Below are positions 45,171-59,271 of a stretch of DNA of 64,000 nucleotides, one piece after another. Within the stretch, counting starts at the first letter, position 1. Each line of letters starts with the position of its first letter. The stretch is from the NCBI RefSeq assembly GCF_009914755.1, contig NC_060925.1. One strand, given 5' to 3'. The notes under the pieces were generated by a model, which saw nothing but the letters and a program-made list of their open reading frames with translations, was not told the DNA's origin and did not search any database. The DNA is from the human T2T-CHM13v2.0 reference genome, Homo sapiens. The translations under genes and the position numbers were made by a program.

Positions 45171-47769
45171 ATCTTAAGAAAGTTAATAACAATCAAATGT
45201 GAAAGTGAGTCATCAACTTTTAGTTGCCCTGCAGAACAAACAAGAGAGTAACTGTGATGTCATTGGTTGACAGAGCCCTGTGGCAGCACTCACAATGAAA
45301 GGAAGTGGTTTCCTTGCAGGTTGGAGGTGTCGCTTACAATGTGCAATCTTTCATTAATAATGTATTTTATGATTCTGTACTAAAGTCCACTAATTAGAAT
45401 TGTGTGCCCTATAAAATTTTATTGTAAATATATGCCCAACTGTCAAGCTATGAAGAACTCGTAAGGATTTGTGCTTTTATTAATATGCTAATGCTAGTCT
45501 TTTCTGGGCCTTAGATTCTAAAGATGAGCTATCCTAGCTGTCAAAGTGCCTGCTTTTTACCGAGAAACAAGTGGCTTGACAACTGAGATAAGACTCAAAT
45601 TGTGTTTTATAGCCAAAAATACAAAAATAACTAATTTTATATCAGTGGACAATATTATAATACTTATGAGCAGCGGAATTGATGGTTTACTGGGAAGAAT
45701 TTGTACTTAGAATAACCTTAAAGGGCCTCTTCAGGCAGTTTTATGCGATCAGCCTGAAATATGAGTTCCTAAATGAAATGTATTATATTGTGGGATAATG
45801 TGTTATGTAGGCATAACTTACAGCCTTAAGTCTGGAATTTTTCAAAGTACTGTTGAACAAGCTCATACTGCTGGTTATTATATGTGCATATTTTTAACAT
45901 TCCTATTCAGTGAAATTACAGTGACTTTGACTTTGTCTGGTTTATGAGATTAAAGTTTTTAAACAAAATTCTGTTCAAAATAATAACAATGTCCAGTTCT
46001 TTTAGCACATACTCTTTTTCTCAGTAGCTGTAACACTGTTTTAGTACATTGCAAAAATAGTCTCCAGTTAACAAAGAGCTGCATGAGCTCTTTTGTATTT
46101 TCATATCCGTCGACCTTCCTGAATTCTGGCATCCTTCCTGCCATTTGCATTAAAATCCCTTGTGATGATTACCTCAAAAGGTGCTGTTGCTATCAGTCTG
46201 TGTAATTTCTTAGAGAATCTTTCTCCCTTTTCAGTCATCCAGCTGGAAAGGGCATTTGCTCTGAGTATAATCGTTTATTTGTATGAGTTCAAAGTTGGTA
46301 ATACCATTTGGCAAACTTGTTGGTCTTTAGAACAATTGTCCTCCTAGACTCTGATTTGATACTTGAAATGCATTGCAGGGAAAAGGGACAATCCCTTAAT
46401 GGAGCAGGTGTATTCCTCTAGGTGGGCTGATTTCTAAATAAGTTTGAGTGTCCTTAAAGTCCTTTATGAAGGACTGAAATTCCTATTTATTTAAGATCTT
46501 GATATTGTGGTGCCAATTTTCAGTCTGAAACAGCCCATGAAGACTTGATTAGACAACCATTGACGCTCTGCACATGCCGTGTAATTTACGTAGGGAACTA
46601 TGTAATAGCAAAGATTCCCCGCCTGGCAATAAATAATCAAAAGAAGTCATCAGATTCTCTATACCTGCCAATGAAACTTTTAAAAAAATATGAAGAGGAA
46701 CAATTCAGGGCACAAGAACCTTCAAGATAGAGCTAAAAATATTTCAGGTAGGAAGGAGGATTCAACTTTCCTTTTGACTTTATATTTGTCATGTAAAATT
46801 TTAATAAAAATACCATTAGATTTTTATAAAAGATCATTGTTAAATTCAAAAGGTAAAGTTGTCAAAGTAAACCATTTGCGTGATAATTCTTCACTTTATT
46901 GTATAAATCCATATAACTTTACAAAGATATATTATTCATGCTATTTGTATCTTAGAGACCTTTTAAAAATGTTTTGAACTTAATTTCTGTATACCTTATT
47001 ACCTTATGTAATTGTTCCTCTAACGTAATTAATGCTAATAGTTTGATGTTCATTATTTGACAACTTTCTCCATGCTCATACAGATATATGTTCACATATG
47101 TACATATATGATAGATTTTTAGTGATAACTTGCACAGAAAATGTACATAATTTACACTCTTGCATCTTATTGAACAGTATATCATTGAGTTTCTTCCTCT
47201 ATTTTCTGTTGGTTTATTTTGTTCTCTATATGTCTTCAGGCAATTCTTTATTTACATGTTTTATTTAATAATTAAAGGATTGCAGATTAAAAGTGTTCAA
47301 AGTTTACCTGTGAATCATAGACTTGTTAAGAAGTGCTTTTCTCTTCATTATATTCTAGATAGAGTATAATTTTGTTTCCCTCTTTGACCCATGAATTATT
47401 TAGAAGTTTCTTCATTTTCCAAGTTGTCAATTTCTTTTCTTTTCAGTATTTGTTTCTAATTTTTTTGTTTATGATCAGAAAATACGATGAGTAAAAGTCT
47501 TTAAAAATCTGATAACATTTTCTTTGTGGTCAAGTAAAAGACCCTTATTAAAGGTCAAATGTATTTAAAAAGCTGTGTCTTTGTGTGAGTGTGTCTATTT
47601 ATATATGTGTGTATACACACACAGACGTGCACAATGTCTATATTTTGTCATTCAGTCTTACTTAATCAGTCTGAGTGTTATCTGTACATTGGACTTTTTA
47701 AAGCTTTCCAGGTGATTCTAATATACAACCAAGGTTAAGTATGTTGCCAAAATGAAATAATGGGTCTAG

Positions 47770-48348
47770 TCAAGTGGTTCTCAAAATATGGACCATCAAC
47801 ATCACCTGGGAATTTGTTGGAACTGCAGATTCTTGGGCCTCACCCTAAGATGTGGTCACTCAGAAACTCTGGGGATGGGTCCAGCAATCTCTTTTTAAAA
47901 AATTATTTTAATTAGCACATAATTGTACATATTATGGGGTAGAATACGATATATGGCACAAAATTATTTTTAATTGGCACATAATTGTACATATTTATGG
48001 GGTACAATATGATATTTCAATACATACACACAGTATAGAATGATCAAATCAGCCGTTGGCATGTATATCAATGCAAACATTTATAATTTCTTTATGTTGG
48101 GAACATTCAAAATCCTCTCTTCTAGCTATTTGAAAATATATGCTAAGTTGTTAACTATGGTCATGCTATAGTGCTATCAAATACTAGAACCTATCTCTCC
48201 AATCTACTTGTAATTTTTAAATGACATTCTGTCATTCTTAGCAACATGGTTGAGCCTAGAGGACGTATGTTAAGTGAGATAAGCAATCTGGGTCTTAACA
48301 AACCCTCAAAGGGAGAGGATTCTACCTCACTGAAGACTTGAGAGCCGC
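47770..48348. mobile_element. MER5A interrupted by a 5'-inverted L1MA (47891-48281)
   Basis: MER5A text resumes after TSD AGCAATCT (47883/48282). Confidence 0.82.
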
Positions 48349-48358
48349 TTACCTATGT

Positions 48359-48562
48359 CAGTGGCTCTACACTGAGGGTGATTTTGTCCCCAAAGGGACA
48401 TCTGACAATGTTGGAGAACTCTTTTGGTTGTCACAGCTGGTGGGAGGCTACTGGTGGCATTTAGTTGGTAGAGGGCAGGGTTGTAAACATACTGCCATGC
48501 ACAGGACAGCCCAAAAGAGAATCACGCAGCCCCAAACATCAACAGTGCTGCTGTGGAGTAAC
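48359..48562 (+). mobile_element. MER20 (hAT-Charlie)
   Basis: gggtgattttgtccccaaagggacatctgacaatg...tttggttgtcacagctgg...atgcacaggacagcc. Confidence 0.85.
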
Positions 48563-48742
48563 TTACTTAGACTGTACTTTCCAAGGCTTGGCTTCCCATT
48601 GCAACCAGCGAGAGAGTTTTTTAAAGTCCTGACTCCAGATCTGTTTAATGTCATTGGTGAGGGTGCACATAAGGATTTCTAAAAACTATCCATGTGAGTA
48701 CTTTATGCAGCGACAGTTGAAAATCACTGCTGTGGACACTGG

Positions 48743-48785
48743 TTATTGATGGCAAAAACTGCAATAACTTTTGCACCAACTTACT
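48743..48785. mobile_element. MADE1 (Hsmar1 MITE) half
   Basis: atggcaaaaactgcaataacttttgcaccaac. Confidence 0.8.
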
Positions 48786-48859
48786 ACCTAAAACTCTTAG
48801 GTCCTAATGGATGGATTAGGGTGATCCCAAACTAACTGATTAAATTTTATCTAAAGAAA

Positions 48860-49420
48860 TAGACAATTATGTACCCCTGTTGTGTTATAATGGGAAGTAG
48901 AAACACCAATTTGTGAAATGTTCTTGCCAAAAATTCAAACTTGGACAAGCTTCTAGATTTCTAGATCTCACTACCAATTTAGAGGTATGTGTTAAAAAAC
49001 ACCATAGGAAGGCTGTTGGCCAAATCTAGAATGTAGAAAGTCCTCCAGGACATATGGTACAGACTGATTATCACCAAATAAATGGCAAGAAGGGAAGACA
49101 AGAGAGGAATGGGGACTATTCTAGAATAAAAGAAACTTAAGACCCCTAACTGATAAGTGTATCTCTTTTGGAACTGGATTTGAAAAAGCAACAGGGGAAA
49201 ATTAAAAACATCTGTGAGGCAATTTGGGAAGTTCAAACACAGACTAGATATTTCATAATATCAAATAATTATTTTCAGAGTTGCATGTGGAGGGGTAAGT
49301 AGAGGTTACAGGTAAAACGCGGTTGTCCCTATGTTGATCATTGTTGATGTCTTCTGCTAGGTGTATGCGGATTTATTTTAATATTCTCTTTACGTATATT
49401 TGAAACATTCCACAATAAAG
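48860..49420 (+). mobile_element. Old L1MC/ME 3'UTR fragment
   Basis: caaatctagaatgtagaaagtcctccaggaca...aacacagactagatattt. Confidence 0.6.
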
Positions 49421-50163
49421 ATAGAATGAGAAGGATTATCTAAACAGGTAGGGAAAGGCAGGTGAGAATGGTGTTAGAAAAACTTTCAAGACAATAGGAG
49501 TTTCCACAGTGTTAAAAAGAAAGTAAGTCTATTGGATTTGGTAACATGAAGGTCACTTGATGACTTTAGCAAAGTCTGTTTCAGTGGAGAAATGGGTCTG
49601 GAAGCAAGATTGGAGCCCACTGGAAACTGACAGGAGTAGACATGGTATTACTGCTGTCTGTGAGGCAGGATAGGCTTTCATGTGTTTACATAAGACAGAC
49701 CCTATAGAGAGGAAGACAGTTAACACTCAGGAAAGAAAGAGGGCATGTGCATCAGCTTTGGTTTCCAAAATAATCTCAAGGCGTTGGTGCAGTCATGAAT
49801 TTGGATACTTACAGCAATTACTTAGCATTATGTATGGCATATTAACACATTATTTTGAGGGTTTTGGAATTTGGGTGCATGTGATATGCATCCAAAGAAA
49901 TTCCTTTTTTGTGACTTTTTGGATATTCATATTTTGATATAAATTGCAGATTGCTGTGTTAAAATATTAAGAATTGTGTTCTTACATTTCTTTAAAATGC
50001 TTTAAATAATCTAAAACAGAATTTGGAAGTGCAAATATTTATATACATATGTTGAAATAATGATATATTAAACTATACCTAAACTTATCACAGAGTACTT
50101 TCATGGACCTAAGTTAGATGAGTAAGGTGAAATCTATTCACTGGGAGGGAGGGATGGGAAGAA

Positions 50164-50200
<37 letters not shown>
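50164..50200. repeat. (CA)n(GA)n microsatellite ~265 nt upstream of exon 11
   Basis: Read directly. Confidence 0.92.
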
Positions 50201-50205
<5 letters not shown>

Positions 50206-50464
50206 TGAGATTAGAGGGAGAAAATGGCAAGAGAGAATATGTTTAAATCATTGTTTATTCAGGGAAAACTTAGGTTGATCACTGTTACTGTTATTTTGGT
50301 TATTTTTATTTCCAGCTATACTGTCTCCTGCCAAAAAAGTATAACTTTAACTGTTTACTCACAGGCCATTTGCTTTTCTCTCCTAATTAGCTTCAAAAAA
50401 TTAGAGTCCAAAGAATGAAACATGTTTAACTCACATTTGGGCTTTTGTTTGTTTGTTGAAACAG

Positions 50465-50539
50465 AACTGTTCATTATGAAGGTGGCGCTGTGTCTGTTCA
50501 TGCACGTTCCCTTTGGAGACTAGAGACGCTAAGAGTTGC
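50465..50539 (+). CDS. RYR2: RYR2 exon 11, (R)TVHYEGGAVSVHARSLWRLETLRV(A), 75 nt, phase 2-2
   Basis: aaacag|AAC ... TGC|gtaagt; MIR-domain motif HARSLWRLE. Confidence 0.97.
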
Positions 50540-51317
50540 GTAAGTAGAACTTCTAAACACAGCCTAATGCACCAAGTGTACCAAATAGCTCAGCGTTGTG
50601 CTTCTGTGTCAGCCTGTGATGCTGAAAACTACAGCAAGCAAGCGAACAAAGGAAACACCGAGAAAGTGGTGGACAGTTTCTCTTTTGTCTATTTCCTTCC
50701 ACCTACCTTTATCATTCCTTATCCTCACTTCACCAGCTAGCAAACCTGAGAAATAAGCAATAATTTTGTACAGTCTGCTTTTGTCTTTAGCCTCATTTGT
50801 TTTTCTAACATCATCTCATCCCAGACCATGCATCTCTTGGCAGAAATGGCTACTAGGACAGAGTGATGTAAGATTTGGAGACACGACAAGTTCTTTGCAA
50901 GCCTGTCGCACATCTCAGATCTGACAGACTGTGGATTTAACCTTCTAAAAGTACATTTAAAACAGGAAACTTGAACATGAGCGTAGGACAGAGTCATTAC
51001 TGGAAGTCACTATATTTACTTAAAAATCACTTGATAGCTAAGTACAAATCTGCATTGCAATAAAAGTCACTGTGTATTCATTATAGTAATGAGAGTTTTT
51101 ATATATTAATATTTATGAAACATAAATGTATAAAGTATTTTTTTCTGATGACTTAACTGTCTGAATATTTCCTTTTAGTTCCTGTAAATGAATACAATAT
51201 GATGATAAAGGTGTCATTTTGAACTATTTTAAGTAGAATTAAAATTTTTAAAAATAATTCGAAGCTTTAGTCCTTTGCCTAAAAGCAGTAAATTTTCAAT
51301 GTGTTTACTTCCTAGTA

Positions 51318-51396
51318 TATTGGGTTTTAAAGACTTTATTGATTTAGGATGATAATTGATTTGTATTGGGCTTTAAAGACATTATTGATTTAGGAT
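51318..51396. repeat. 46-bp-period tandem duplication
   Basis: tattgggYtttaaagacWttattgatttaggat x2. Confidence 0.88.
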
Positions 51397-51445
51397 AACA
51401 GACTCTATGGGTGGGAATGAGGGCTATCTTACTCTAGTATAACTA

Positions 51446-51757
<312 letters not shown>

Positions 51758-54262
51758 TAGTATAACTACCTTTATAGACATTTTATTTTGAGATTATTGC
51801 CTGTCTAATGGTGATGAGAATAGTTTAGAGGCCTTCAGTCGTTTCTGCTCCTGTGTCCCATGCAATGATTTTGAAAAACTTTGTCCATTCTTGAACACTG
51901 TGAGGTTGACATAGAAATCCTTTCATTATCAGTTTAGATGCATAGAATATAACTTCCAGTGTATTTTAAATAGTGATACTTTAAAATAAAATGGTTACAT
52001 CACCCTTTTCAAAGTATCCAATTGACTGTAAGTAATGCTGTGGTTTAATACCTTTGTTTATTGAAAATGGTCTTCTTTAACAATAAAAATATATATTATT
52101 CAGTTTTTCCTTTTCACTACATCCTACTCCTCTGCAACAAAAATATTTATATAAATTAATTTCTTATATTTCTTATGTTAGTCTGTAACTTTAAAAAGCT
52201 CTTCTATATTGTCATTAATAACTAATTGAAAACATTAAATGTCTTTGATATAAATGCACAATTGATCAAATCTACCTAAATATTAAAACTTTTGGTAACT
52301 ACCAAACTTAAAAGAAAATTTTTATTGGAAATGCATATCATAATGAGATGGAAAAAGAAGAGACAGACTTCTAAGGCAAACAAAGGAAAACTCATAGCTT
52401 TTATATATTTTGTGATTATTCAGATAATTTAAGGAAAGGGATTTTAAGTATTACTCATATTTTTTTACATTGTGTATTATAAAAATGAAAGAGTAAAGAA
52501 GTGTTTATACAAATTAATTGTATACATAATTACTAATTATATATGTAATTAAATTGTCACTATAAGTGCAGTTTCGAGAGGTTGTATTGACCTTGTAAAA
52601 CAGATTGAATATGTGTTTTCAAAATTTAGAGACATACCTATACTTCATGATTGAGTGCTTAAAGAAATATTTATCTTTTTTGTAGAGAGAGACCCTACAT
52701 CTGTCTTATTTTTGGTTAAAAAAAAAACATGAAAGCTTCTGAAAACCTGATAGGACTTTGTTTTTATTGTTATCGATACTATTGATGAGCTGTGACTACA
52801 TAAATCTAGATTATTCTTCAAACTTCTGAATTAAGTAGTCTTGATCCTGTCTCTCTACTGTTGCTTATGTTTGTATTTTGAAATAGAAGTTTGGAGTTTA
52901 TTTTCACTTTGATTACAGATAATCAATATATAGAAAGGAGATGATCTTATGGTCAGCCACTGGGGAAAGGGAATGCTACTTGCTTCTCATAGTCCAGATG
53001 TCACTGAGGGGAATACCACAGAGAAGGCAGAGCAGGTAGTTTTTCAACCATTTAGCAGCTTAAAGAGAGATGTTTTGTTCTTCTCTCTGACCCTTGATTA
53101 AATTTCACCTTCCTGTCTAGCAGTAGGAAAGTAGGAGATTCATATGTACGGAATATCATTATTTTAAGAAGTTTTTCAGATTATACTGACTCTTTAAACT
53201 ACTTTGGCTTTATTGTAGATATGTAAATTAAGCTACATTCAGTTTAGGAGCTTTTATTTTTTTAATTAAATCCCTTTCATTCTAGGAAGTTTACATGTCT
53301 TATATGCAATGGCCACATAATTACTAATTTTGCATTATATTTAGCAATTTATAGTGAAGATCCTGCTTTTGTTTGTGATAGAACTATATTGCCTAATGCC
53401 AATGTTTATATTCAATATTTGGGATACTCGGTCTTCTCTTTTCTCCAGTGAGATCCTATACTATATATTTGTTGTAGTTGATGTGGCCCATTCATTATAT
53501 ATTTTATACTGCATACTCTTACACATGAAACTATTGTCAAAAGTTTTTCAGTATCATGGCCTTTTTAATAAATGGTTTTAATGTAGGGAGTTAAATTGAA
53601 TAGAAAATGCTCTCCTATATTTTACTCCAGGCAAAATTATAGGGATATTGTAAGTGAGATATGTGTTAGTTCCTGTAATAGGAATACTCATGGAAATAAA
53701 AACTATGAATTACATAGAGTTCAAGTTCTATTTTTTATGTTGCAAATAAACAAAATTAAAGGGTGACATATCATAAAGAAGTACTCACTATTCCCCAATT
53801 CCCTTTGAGGTAATTTTGAGTAAATATCGATAATACGTAGGGCACAGTTTTTTGATGTTACCATAGGAAATTGCTTTATAAAACTCCATTACTATTGCCA
53901 ATTTTAGTTTTTACTACATATGATTTTCTTGCCTTGCCCTCTCATTTGGGAGGAGGTGGGGGTCTGGGCATGTGAGACCAGGCTAGTTTGAGTGGCTGGA
54001 AATGAAAGCAAATGTGCTTAGACTTAGACTATGCAGTGGTTTTGCCAAAAACTGGCCACATTCATTCCATTTCTACCAGAATCCTCTTAGAGACTTCAAA
54101 GGAGCACTGGTACATATGAGTTCTATTGAATAGAACTGAGCCCAGAACATCTTCCAGATACGCTAGCAAATAGTATATATCTGGTTAAAATTTTGTGCTG
54201 TTTTGAAAATGAAGGTGTGTTCCATGATGATTAAGATGAATTGTTATTCAGAAGTGATTCAT

Positions 54263-54367
54263 TATTTACAAATATTTCATTGTTTTTCCAAATAATGGAA
54301 ACAAATATTAAACATATTTCCAAATATTTCATTGTTTTTCAAATAATGGAAACAAATATTAAACATA
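54263..54367. repeat. ~52-bp tandem duplication abutting an Alu
   Basis: caaatatttcattgtttttc(c)aaataatggaaacaaatattaaacata x2. Confidence 0.92.
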
Positions 54368-54372
54368 ATTGT

Positions 54373-54687
54373 GACCGGGCACAGGGTGGCTCACGCCTGT
54401 AATCCCATCACTTTGGGAGGCTGAGGCGGGCAGATCACAAGGTCAGGAGATCGAGACCATCCTGGCTAACATGATGAAACCCCGTCTCTACTGAAAATAC
54501 AAAAGTTAGCCGGGCGCGGTGGCTGGCGCCTATAGTCCTGGCTACTCGGGAGGCTGGGGCTAGAGAATCGCTTGAACCCGGGAGGCGGAGTTTACAGTGA
54601 GCCAAGATCGCGCCACTGTACTCCAGCCTGGGTGACAGAGCGAGACTCCGTCTCAAAATAAAAATAATAGTAATAATAATAATAATG
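54373..54687 (+). mobile_element. AluSc/Y-type with (TAA)n tail
   Basis: gagatcgagaccatcctggctaac; TSD ATAATTGTG. Confidence 0.93.
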
Positions 54688-55644
54688 ATAATTGTGGTTT
54701 TCATAGTATTTGCAAACAATACACTTAATTTTATAAGAGGAGGATTTTAAAAAGCTTGTTTATTTCCAAAATAGAAATACTTTAATGTGCTATTATTGGT
54801 AACAAACTTTAATTTCATCTTAAGACAATACCGTGTTATCTGGTTTTATTAGTATACGGTTATTAACTTAATTGGGGGGCTTCCCAAATTAATTGTCTTT
54901 ATAAACAAATTCATGTGAAAATGAACTTGTTATAACATTCTACTGCTAATTTTCTATGCTAACATCTCAAGTCAAAAATCCAGGTTAGGAAAACAACATT
55001 AAATTGATTTATAATTTACTAAAAGATTGCTAGCTTTGAAACAAGTACTCTCAATTTGTAGAACACAAACATTTTTAATAAGTCTGTATGAACCCAAGTT
55101 TATTAAATAATAAGATTATATTGAAAATCTCCATATATTTACTTTTTCTTTGACTCATTGTATTTTGACAAAATCATCCAGTGTAAACTGTCTTTTAAAA
55201 AATTATCCTTATGTTTCATTTTCTGCTTGTTGTTGACATATGAAGCTTTACAACATTCATTATTTTTAGAGTATACACTTTTTCTTCATAACATATCTGG
55301 CTGTATACCTTTTGTGCTTTTTGGCCTTGAATTGGAATTATCTAATATCAAATTTGTCATTTCCTTTTGAGGATTATTTGCTTGTTGAATCTTTTCTACT
55401 CATTCGTTTTTAGTTTTCTTGCGTGCTTTGATCTTAAGCTTGTGTCTTATCAATGATATATATGGCCTGTCCTCACTTTGCATGGTACGGTGTTAAGGGA
55501 AAGTCATGCACGATAGAACTGTGCCATCACTCTGCACCTTAGCATGGTTAAAGCTCCTAAATACACAACCTTCAGTTAACAAGGTAATGTGCAAAGCAAG
55601 AACAGCTTGTATTTTGATTTTTCTATTTTATCCTACCTGAAAGT

Positions 55645-55800
55645 CATTTATTTATTTTTAATATACAAGTGATAATCGTACATACTTATGGGGTACATAG
55701 TGATGTTTTGATACAGGTAATGTATAGTGATCAGATCAATTAGCATATCCATCATCTCAAACGTTTATCATTTCTGCACATTAACAACATTCAGTATCCT
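55645..55800 (-). mobile_element. L1MA 3' end fragment
   Basis: gtacatacttatggggtacatagtgatgttttgatac. Confidence 0.78.
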
Positions 55801-56231
55801 TCAAAGCAAATTTTTAATGATCATAACTTATCATTTTACTGAAACATTCTATATTTTCTGTTTATTACATTTTTTCCTGACTTTTTTAGAATTTTCATTT
55901 TCTTGGCTTATCTTTTTTGTTCATCGCGTTCTAATAATATAATTGTTCCACAATATTAAAATGTAAAGTATAAGAATACATTTCTTTTGTCAGGTAAATA
56001 TAGTCTAACTATAGACTTCAGTTTATATATATGAGTTCCAATTAATCATACTTAGACGTTGACCACAATACTACTGTTTTTCAAGTCTGTGCAAATACAG
56101 CAACAGTTTTTAACTAGTAAATGCTAAAATATTACTTGGAGTTATACTTCCTGCATTATTTGCATTAGAGCTTGACTAATCTGTATTAGAGGGTGACTTG
56201 GAGCACAAGTTCTTTGTTATCTTTGCATAGA

Positions 56232-56420
56232 ATAGGGCGCTGTGTGGATGGAACGGCATTTAAGTCAGAACACCTTGAGTTACATTTAACTTCTTCTTAC
56301 TATAAGCTTTGTGACTTTGTGTATTACTTATCATTCTGAATAGCCATTTTGTTATTTGTGAAATGAAATTAATATCACTAATATCCTAAGTTTTTTGAGA
56401 ACATTAAGACAATATATATG
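56232..56420 (+). mobile_element. MIR upstream of exon 12
   Basis: agctttgtgacttt...ttatttgtgaaatgaa. Confidence 0.6.
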
Positions 56421-56507
56421 ACTGTTCATTGTCCGACATATGTTTTAATAGCTACTCCTTCTGTGATTGTGGGTGCTATTGGATCAAGTCCTAACTGTTC
56501 TCATTAG

Positions 56508-56664
56508 GTGGAGTGGAAGCCACATAAGATGGGGACAGCCATTCCGACTACGCCATGTCACAACAGGAAAATACTTGAGTCTCATGGAAGACAAAAACCT
56601 TCTACTCATGGACAAAGAGAAAGCTGATGTAAAATCAACAGCATTTACCTTCCGGTCTTCCAAG
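56508..56664 (+). CDS. RYR2: RYR2 exon 12, (A)[52 protein letters not shown], 157 nt, phase 2-0
   Basis: cattag|GTG ... AAG|gtgaga; inside ORF-track 56467-56754; MIR motif [12 protein letters not shown]. Confidence 0.97.
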
Positions 56665-57228
56665 GTGAGACAGAAAATATTTTGGGTTTCCTATAAATGT
56701 TACCCGGTCATATTTCCTTTGATGTTAGAAAGGAGAAAAGAAATGAGAAAATAAATGATGTAAGTATGTCTTATGTGTATTTCTAAATTCCCAGTTTCTC
56801 TTCCATACATTCCTCTCTGGTAAAACTGACTTTTCTAAACCATTAAAACCTGCCTATAGAAACAATCTAAATGTACAATAAAGGGTAATGATTACATAAA
56901 GGGTAATGATTGCATAAATCATACTGTATACATACATATTGGGATAGTATGAAGCTGTCAAAAATATAAAACATGAAAATACCTATTATACGTCATCAAA
57001 TGAAAGGTGTTTCATGTCGTTTACAGTTCTTAAAACACATCCATCCAGCTCCTTCCTGTTTTCTTAAGCATTGACAGTATACAGTGACCACAGATATTGG
57101 GATGTTTTTGGGTTACAGTATGAGGATAAAGCACACTGGAATCTGTGTCTCAAAGATACATTTATACATCCATTCTTATATGCGGACCTTCATCCTTAAC
57201 CCTATTGAATCATTTTTATGATAATTGC

Positions 57229-57595
57229 TATATTCGTCCATTTTCACAGTGCTATAAAGAAATACCTGAGACTGGGTGATTTATAATGAAAAGGAGTTTA
57301 ATTGACTTATACTTCCGCATGGCTGGGAAGGCCTCAGGAAACTTACAATCATGACAGAAGGGGAAGCAGGCAGGTCTTACATGGAGGCAGGTGAGAGAGA
57401 GAGCAGGAGAGTGAGTGTGAAGGAGAAAGCGTCAAACACTTAAAAAAACCATCAGGTCTCACGAGAACTCACTCACTGTCAGGGGAACAGCATGGGGGAA
57501 ACTCGCCCCATGATCCAGTCACGTCTTTCCCTCGAGACGTGGAGATTACAAATTGAGATGAGATTTGGGTGGGGACACAGAGCCAAACCATATCA
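57229..57595 (-). mobile_element. THE1D-like MaLR solo LTR
   Basis: ...ggggacacagagccaaaccatatca; 5-bp TSD ATTGC. Confidence 0.88.
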
Positions 57596-58697
57596 ATTGC
57601 ATATTTCTGTTCATAATTTAATGAAGATTGTGAAACTTGGGAAAGATGATTGGAACAATATTAAACTACTAACTAGCTTTCATCTTAGAAAGGCAAAACT
57701 TTGTTCTTTTAAATAGATAAAGATTTGACTTTGTATTTCTGCAATTACTACATACTCATCTAGGTATAGGCATCTTCACAGTGTTATTCAGGGCTCATTG
57801 AAAAGAAAAAAACGTATTACTTTGTTTTTTCACTGCTAGGAAATTCTTAGTATTCAATCGCCTTTCCCATATTTTGTATGCTGGCCCAATTCAAGTTGGA
57901 TTTTTGATAACAATGTTATTAGATGAGGAAAAGATGTTAAGTACCATGTATAATATATTCAAAACAAGGTCATGATTTGGCTTAGTAGAACTACAATACA
58001 TGCACTACAATGCTTTTTCAATACTGGATTAGGTTTAAATTTTTACTTTGCCCCTCTCTAGAGATCTATATGTTAGGTAAAATCTTCTAAATATTTTACA
58101 AGCATTAACAAATGATTATTTCCTATTTAGGTAAAGCGTTTACCCTAAAAGACCAATTTTCTGTATGCTTAATAAATTCCATTTTATTAATCTTATAATG
58201 GTGTCCTGTCACAGCATAGGATTGGCAGCATAAACATAAATATTTATTGAACTTTGAAGGTGTCCCACAGAACTTCTATTTGCAGTTGTCACTGGAGGCC
58301 ACTGACCACTTTATTTCTACAGTAGGTCTATGGCCTGGATTGCTCCAGTGAGTGCAGGAAATAGAGAACATTAATTTTGCTAATTATGAAAATAAACTAT
58401 TTCACTATACTCTTAATAATGTATTTCATATAAATAATGTCTAACAAGAAAACATATTCATTATTTAGAGTGATAATTGTAACAAAATTAAAAGTAGTTA
58501 TTTACAACTACTTAAAAGTTTTTTAGTGCTTTAATCATATTTCATTTCTTCTGATTTTGAAAGCAGTACATGTTGGTCTTAGAAAGTTTAGAAAATACAA
58601 AACAAAGTAGGAGTAAGAACTACCTAATTATGCAGAATATCAACGTTTTGATGAATTTCCTTCCTAATCATTTTTCTTTTGCTGTGTAAACGCACAC

Positions 58698-59271
<574 letters not shown>

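Noticed and set aside
54288-54298. CCAAATAATGG as a CArG box
   Set aside because: Seven A/T bases between CC and GG, and the duplicate copy lacks CC
56880-56918. 18-bp tandem duplication (similar ones at ~11867, ~23920, ~60705)
   Set aside because: Ordinary slippage duplications with no sign of function
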